Part shown: positions 55,859-64,000 of the stretch, piece after piece
Layout of the letters: each line of letters begins with the position of its first letter
How positions within the stretch are numbered: position 1 is the first letter of the stretch
Origin: an uncultured delta proteobacterium
GTDB taxonomy: Bacteria; Myxococcota_A; Polyangia; Polyangiales; Polyangiaceae
Assembly: GCA_963716725.1 (NCBI GenBank)
Contig: CAVQUB010000003.1
Coordinates: 1 to 64,000, forward strand
Length of the DNA: 64,000 nt
Reading direction: 5' to 3'
Notes under the pieces: generated by a model
Database searches by the model: none
What the model saw: the letters and a program-made list of their open reading frames with translations, nothing else
Told to the model about the DNA's origin: nothing
Translations under genes and position numbers: made by a program

Positions 55859-57814
55859 ATGGCCAGCGTACGGCTCGAGGTACTGAACGGCGGCTCTCGG
55901 GGCCGCGTCCTCGAGCCGGACGGTGACGTGATCCGAATCGGTCGGGCCGCGTCCAACGAGCTCGAGCTCGCCGAGACCCACGTCTCGTCCGAGCACGCGC
56001 GGCTGGTGGTCGGCGCCGAACGCGTGACCCTCGAAGACCTCCGCAGCACCAACGGCACCGCGGTCGTGCGAGGGAGCCAGCGGATCGTGCTGGGAGAGTC
56101 GACCAGCTTGCGCACCGTGCTCGAGTCCGGCGACGTGCTCGAGCTGGGCGGCAGCGCGGACGACGGCACCACGGTGCGGGTGGAGCTGGGCGCCGAGCGA
56201 GAGCCGGCTCACGTGGTCAGCGTGCGCCCGATCGCGGACCTGCCCGGCGCGACGGCCTCCGCAGAGCGAAACACCGGCGTGCTCCGGACGCTGTACCGCG
56301 TCGAGAAGAGCATTGGAGCCGCCGGCACCTTGGACGCAGTGCTGATCGCGGTGGCGGACGCCGCCCTGGAGTTGGTGCCGACGGCGACCCACGCGACGCT
56401 GGTTCTGCGCGACGACATCGATGCCGAGGCCGATCGAGACGAGGCCGGGTACGTGCCAGTGCTCACGCGCGTGCGCGGCGCTTCGGGCAGCGGCGAAGCG
56501 CCCGGCGTAGCGGTCGCGGTGACGCGCAGCGTTTTCCGCAAGGTCGTGCGTGAGCGCGCGGCGGTACTGGCCGCGGACGCCCCGAGCGAAGCGTTCAGCT
56601 CCGAGTCTCTGCTGGGGGCCAGCATTCGCAGCACGATCGGGGTTCCGCTCTGGAAGGGCGACGAGATCCTCGGCGTGCTTCAGGTGGACAACCGCGCCTC
56701 GCCCAGCATGTTCGACTCATCGGACCTCGACGCGCTGGGGGTTCTCGCCGCCAGCTCGTCGTTGGCCGTCGCCAACGCACGGCTGGTGCGACGGCTCATG
56801 GCGGCCGAGCAACAACTGGAAAAAGAGAACACCTATCTCAAGGGGCGTGAGCGAGCCAAGGCCGGCGGAGGGACCGAGATCATCGGGCAGAGCCGCGCCA
56901 TTCGCGACCTGCTCCAACAACTCGACAAGGTGGTCGATACGCGAGTGAGCGTGCTGATCGAGGGCGAGACGGGCACTGGCAAGGAGCTCATCGCGTCCGC
57001 CGTGCACTACCGCTCGCGGCGCCGAAGCAAGCTCTTCGTGGCGCAGAACTGCGCCGCGCTCCCCGAGAACCTGCTCGAGAGCGAGCTCTTCGGCCACAAG
57101 CGTGGCTCCTTCACCGGCGCCACCGAAGAGAAGCGCGGGCTCTTCGACGTCGCCGACGGCGGCACCTTGTTCTTGGACGAGGTCACCGAGATGCCGCTGC
57201 CGCTCCAGGCGAAGCTGCTCCGGGTGTTGCAAGAAGGCGAGATCCGTCCCGTGGGCGCCACCCACACCAAATTCGTCGATGTGCGCATCGTGGCGGCGTG
57301 CAACCGCAACCTCGAGAAAGAGGTCGAAGCGGGCCGCTTCCGTCAGGACCTGTACTACCGACTCAACGTCTTCCCGATCCGTGTGCCGCCGCTGCGCGAG
57401 CGACGCGACGACGTCCCGCTCCTGGCCGGGCACTTCCTGCAGAAGTATTCGCGCGAAGTGGGGCGCCCCGTGGCGGGCTTCGCGCAGGGCACAATGGAAC
57501 TCCTGATGTCCTATGACTGGCCGGGCAACGTGCGCGAGCTCGAGAACGAAGTGCAGCGCCTGGTGATTCAGGTCGAGCCCAATGCCTTCATCACGCCGGA
57601 TTTCTTGAGCCCACGCGTGCGGCAGATGGAAGGCTTGGTCGCCCAGGCCGGCAAGGTGAAGGGCTCGCTCAAGGAGATGGTCGAGCAGGTGGAGAAGTAC
57701 TTCATCCTCGAGACCCTGCGCGAGCACGGCAACAACAAGACCAGCTCCGCCAAGACTCTGGGCATCACCCGCGAAGGGCTGCACAAAAAGCTCAAGCAGC
57801 TCGGCATCGGCTAA
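55859..57814 (+). CDS. FHA-GAF-AAA+-HTH sigma-54 enhancer-binding protein
   Basis: IGR..VSSEHA..DLRSTNGT (FHA), GAF, GETGTGKE, GSFTGA, WPGNVREL. Confidence 0.95.
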   Translation: MASVRLEVLNGGSRGRVLEPDGDVIRIGRAASNELELAETHVSSEHARLVVGAERVTLEDLRSTNGTAVVRGSQRIVLGESTSLRTVLESGDVLELGGSADDGTTVRVELGAEREPAHVVSVRPIADLPGATASAERNTGVLRTLYRVEKSIGAAGTLDAVLIAVADAALELVPTATHATLVLRDDIDAEADRDEAGYVPVLTRVRGASGSGEAPGVAVAVTRSVFRKVVRERAAVLAADAPSEAFSSESLLGASIRSTIGVPLWKGDEILGVLQVDNRASPSMFDSSDLDALGVLAASSSLAVANARLVRRLMAAEQQLEKENTYLKGRERAKAGGGTEIIGQSRAIRDLLQQLDKVVDTRVSVLIEGETGTGKELIASAVHYRSRRRSKLFVAQNCAALPENLLESELFGHKRGSFTGATEEKRGLFDVADGGTLFLDEVTEMPLPLQAKLLRVLQEGEIRPVGATHTKFVDVRIVAACNRNLEKEVEAGRFRQDLYYRLNVFPIRVPPLRERRDDVPLLAGHFLQKYSREVGRPVAGFAQGTMELLMSYDWPGNVRELENEVQRLVIQVEPNAFITPDFLSPRVRQMEGLVAQAGKVKGSLKEMVEQVEKYFILETLREHGNNKTSSAKTLGITREGLHKKLKQLGIG

Positions 57815-57820
57815 CCTGCC

Positions 57821-58411
57821 ATGACCAGTCGCAGGCAGCTCGTGCTCGGACTGTCTTGCGTCGCCATCGGCGCTTGCGTGCCGGTGCGCACGGTCGACGT
57901 GCCGCCGAACCTGCCGCGACTCGGCGCCCAGAAACCCGAGCTCGTCGTGCAAGAAATCGGCGACTACCAGTGCCCCTTCTGCGCGGCGGTGCAGCCTGCC
58001 CTGAAACGCGCGATGCAAGCCTATCGCGATCGCGTCGCGCTGGTCTGGCGCGACTACCCCCTGAGTCGCCACGAGCATGCGCTCGCCGCCGCGGAGGCCG
58101 CGCGCGAGGTGCGGGCGCAGCTTGGCGACGACGCCTTCTGGCAGTACCACGATCTCCTGTTCCGGAATCAGCACGCGCTGACCCTGGCCGATCTCGAGCG
58201 CTACGCCGGAGCCTTTGCCGTCGACCGCGCGCGCTTCCGACGCGCCCTCGAGCTCGGCGTCCATCGCGACGGCGTCATGGCCGACAAGCGCGAGATCGAT
58301 GCGCTGAAGCTGCCGTCCTTTGGCACGCCCGCGTTCATCATCGGCGCCGACGTCTTCGTGGGCAGCTACACCCACGAAGAACTCGCCGGCCTGATCGATG
58401 CGGCCCTGTGA
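57821..58411 (+). CDS. DsbA-family thioredoxin-fold lipoprotein
   Basis: DYQCPFC, WRDYPL, GTPAF. Confidence 0.9.
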   Translation: MTSRRQLVLGLSCVAIGACVPVRTVDVPPNLPRLGAQKPELVVQEIGDYQCPFCAAVQPALKRAMQAYRDRVALVWRDYPLSRHEHALAAAEAAREVRAQLGDDAFWQYHDLLFRNQHALTLADLERYAGAFAVDRARFRRALELGVHRDGVMADKREIDALKLPSFGTPAFIIGADVFVGSYTHEELAGLIDAAL

Positions 58412-58423
58412 TCGTCACGCTCC

Positions 58424-59966
58424 CTACGCCTCTGGCATCTGGCTCGCGAGCTTCGCCGAGAGATAGTGAGAGACCGTGAGGATCGGCGTCATGGTGTGGC
58501 TCGACGCGCTCGACGGGAACCCCGACGAATCGAACACATAGACGCCACGCGTGCCGTACACGCGGCCGTCGGGGTCGGCGCCGCCTTGCCTGGCCGACGA
58601 CGCGAAGCGCACGGTGCCCTGTTGGTGCGCAGAGAGCAGGGGCGCGGTCGCGGGATCGAAGCGGATCGCGTCGATGCGCTGGAGATCCGCGGGCGAATCG
58701 AGGACGACCGGTGGCATCGTGGGCACAAACACGCGCCGCGCACCCGCTGCGAAGTAGATCCGCGCCGCAGCTTTGGCGCCCTCGCGCAGCCGCGCCTTGT
58801 GGTTCTCGGCCTGCCGATAGCTGATGATCGGGTGGCCGGCGCTCGGTCCCGCCCGCACGTTCCCCGAGGGCTCGTCCGGCACCAGCACCAAGAGCGCCGC
58901 GATGCGATCGTAGGCTGCCATCATCTCTTTGCCGGCGACACCGGCCAGCGGCAAGATCGACGCGACGTTGCCAGGCGTCCCCATCACTGCTTCGAGACGG
59001 AAGCCCCAGAGCCCGTGATCGGTGTCGTCCTCGCGTTCGAACTCAGTCACGGCGAAGGCCTGGGGGATGCCCTCGAAAGCCCGGATCTTCTCGTCGAAGA
59101 GCGCCGTGACGGGCAGCTGCGGCTGAAGCATCAGGTGCCTTCCGACGTGGCTGGTGCCGATGCCCGATCGGATCAAGAGCTCGGCGCTGCCCACGGCGTT
59201 GGCCGCGACAATCACCACCCGCGCGCGAACCTCCATGGTCGAGGTTGCCCGGAGCCCCTGCTCGTCGAGCACGGCCACGGTCACGCTCTTGAATTCCTCG
59301 CGCGCTCGGTCGATGCGGATCGCACGCGTTCGGAGCAGGAAGCGCGCTCCCTTGGCCACCGCCAGGGGGATGGAACACGAAGCGGGGGTTTCGCTTGGCG
59401 TTGATCGGACAGCCCAGCATGCAGGTGCCGAGACCGGCGCAGCCCACTCGATTGTGGTGCATGATCTCGCCGCGCATTCCCAGCGCCCCGGCGCCCTGCT
59501 GCATGAGACGGTTGGCGCGGTTGATCTGAGCTTCGCTGATGAGGTTCGCCGAGAGATCCTCCAAGGCCTTGGCCCTGTAGGGGGCCAGCGCTTCCGCGGA
59601 GAAATCCGTCAAACCGTGCTTCTTTTGCCAGTGGCGCAGCACACCATCCGGGATGGGCACGACGTCCGACACGTTCACCACGCCGCCTCCGCCCAGCACT
59701 CGCCCCTGCAATACCGACACCGACAAGTCCTCGGTGACGCGACCACCGCGATCCATGTAGAGCTGGCCGTACATCGCCGCTTCGCGCTGCGTGAGCGCCG
59801 TGCCGGTGAAGTCACCGCCTTCCTCCAGCACGACGACCTCGTGCCCCGCTTCTGCGAGCACCCGCGCGGCAGTGGCGCCCCCAGGCCCCGATCCGACCAC
59901 CAACACGTCGGTGGAGAGCCGGCGCGGGCTGGGTTCTCTGGACAGGTCGACGATGGCTCCGGTCAT
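58424..59966 (-). CDS. GMC-family oxidoreductase (one apparent frameshift near 59372)
   Basis: VVGSGPGG, GRVLGGGGVVN, CAGLGTCMLGC; continues in ORF 58424..59359 (SAHQQGT, VFDSSGFP). Confidence 0.88.
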
Positions 59967-60495
59967 CGACCAAGCCTCGCCAGCGACGGTCCGGGATAGC
60001 CGATGTGCGGCCAAACCTCCGGAGAGTCGTAGAACACCAGCGCCATGAACTTGCGAAATGCGATGGCGACCTGACGTCGAAGCAGGGTCTCGCTCGACGA
60101 CCACGCTTCGTAGTGACGCAGGCGCTCTCGGTCGGAGAGCCTAGAAAATGTCGTCCAGCGTCGATCGAAGAGCAGCGGACCGAGCTCGAACAGCAGCAGG
60201 GCGCGCCGCAAGTTGCCGACGTTCGCCGGCGGCTCGCCAGCGAGAAAGCCGTCGAATGCCCGGGCAAGGTCGAGACCTTCGGCGCCGAACTCGAAGGGGC
60301 CGCCGCTCGGAAGCAGCGTGGTCGCCAGCGCCGCGAGCGTGCGGTACTCGCGGCCGCCGAGCAGCGAGAGGCCAGCGACGGGCGGGGCCCCCGCCAGCAG
60401 CGACGCAACTCCGCCGCCAAAGGCGAGCGCGGGCACGCCGACGGCTCCCAGCGCCAGCACACGCCGGCGCGTCAAGAAGCCAAACCCCCCGTCGC

Positions 60496-60499
<4 letters not shown>
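59963..60499 (-). CDS. Tat-exported gluconate-2-dehydrogenase subunit-3-like partner of the GMC enzyme
   Basis: LTRRRVL twin-Arg motif; FSRLS..ER; C-terminal FYDSPEVWPHIGYPGP. Confidence 0.75.

Positions 60500-64000
<3,501 letters not shown>

Noticed and set aside
59360..59380. GMC oxidoreductase as a true pseudogene or two genes
   Set aside because: A single extra base beside a short G/C run breaks the frame; removing it restores FVFIPLAVAKGA, and the partner gene is intact. Probably sequencing error.

Overview
High-GC window from a myxobacterium, most like Polyangiaceae/Sorangium. The evidence is many sigma-54 activators, Ser/Thr kinases, Gly/Cys-rich lipoproteins and a MYXO-CTERM-like tail. 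It holds four parts. (i) A left block of accessory genes: an FATP-type acyl-CoA synthetase, a CAP-domain lipoprotein, a CNNM/CBS protein and a kinase. (ii) The tRNA(Thr,Tyr,Gly,Thr)-tuf-rpmG-tRNA-Trp-secE-nusG-rplKAJL-rpoBC cluster on the minus strand (9.2-23.6 kb). It is riddled with indels and hybrid serine codons that point to a chimeric or mis-polished consensus, not real pseudogenes. (iii) An accessory region (24-40.5 kb) with a nucleotidyltransferase pair, fitAB/vapBC, an unknown MYXO-CTERM protein, an HNH gene and an IS1182 transposase. (iv) A right block of housekeeping and regulatory genes (L,D-transpeptidase, KAS III, trmB, GT-C, ECF Ni/Co transporter, cysQ, two sigma-54 activators, GMC). 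The best candidate for an undescribed system is a self-contained sigma-54 envelope regulon at 28.4-37.0 kb. A polyproline/His sensor kinase and its enhancer-binding protein sit among three -24/-12 promoters, each preceded by a tandem CTGCR-N5-CGCAG site (degenerate at the kinase promoter). These promoters would drive a Spy/CpxP-like lipoprotein, two small secreted proteins, two tandem-DUF1566 lipoproteins and a Ser/Thr kinase. The second candidate is an HNH gene carrying a structured in-frame insert, possibly cargo of an IS1182 element. All assignments come from manual motif reading; no database searches were run.
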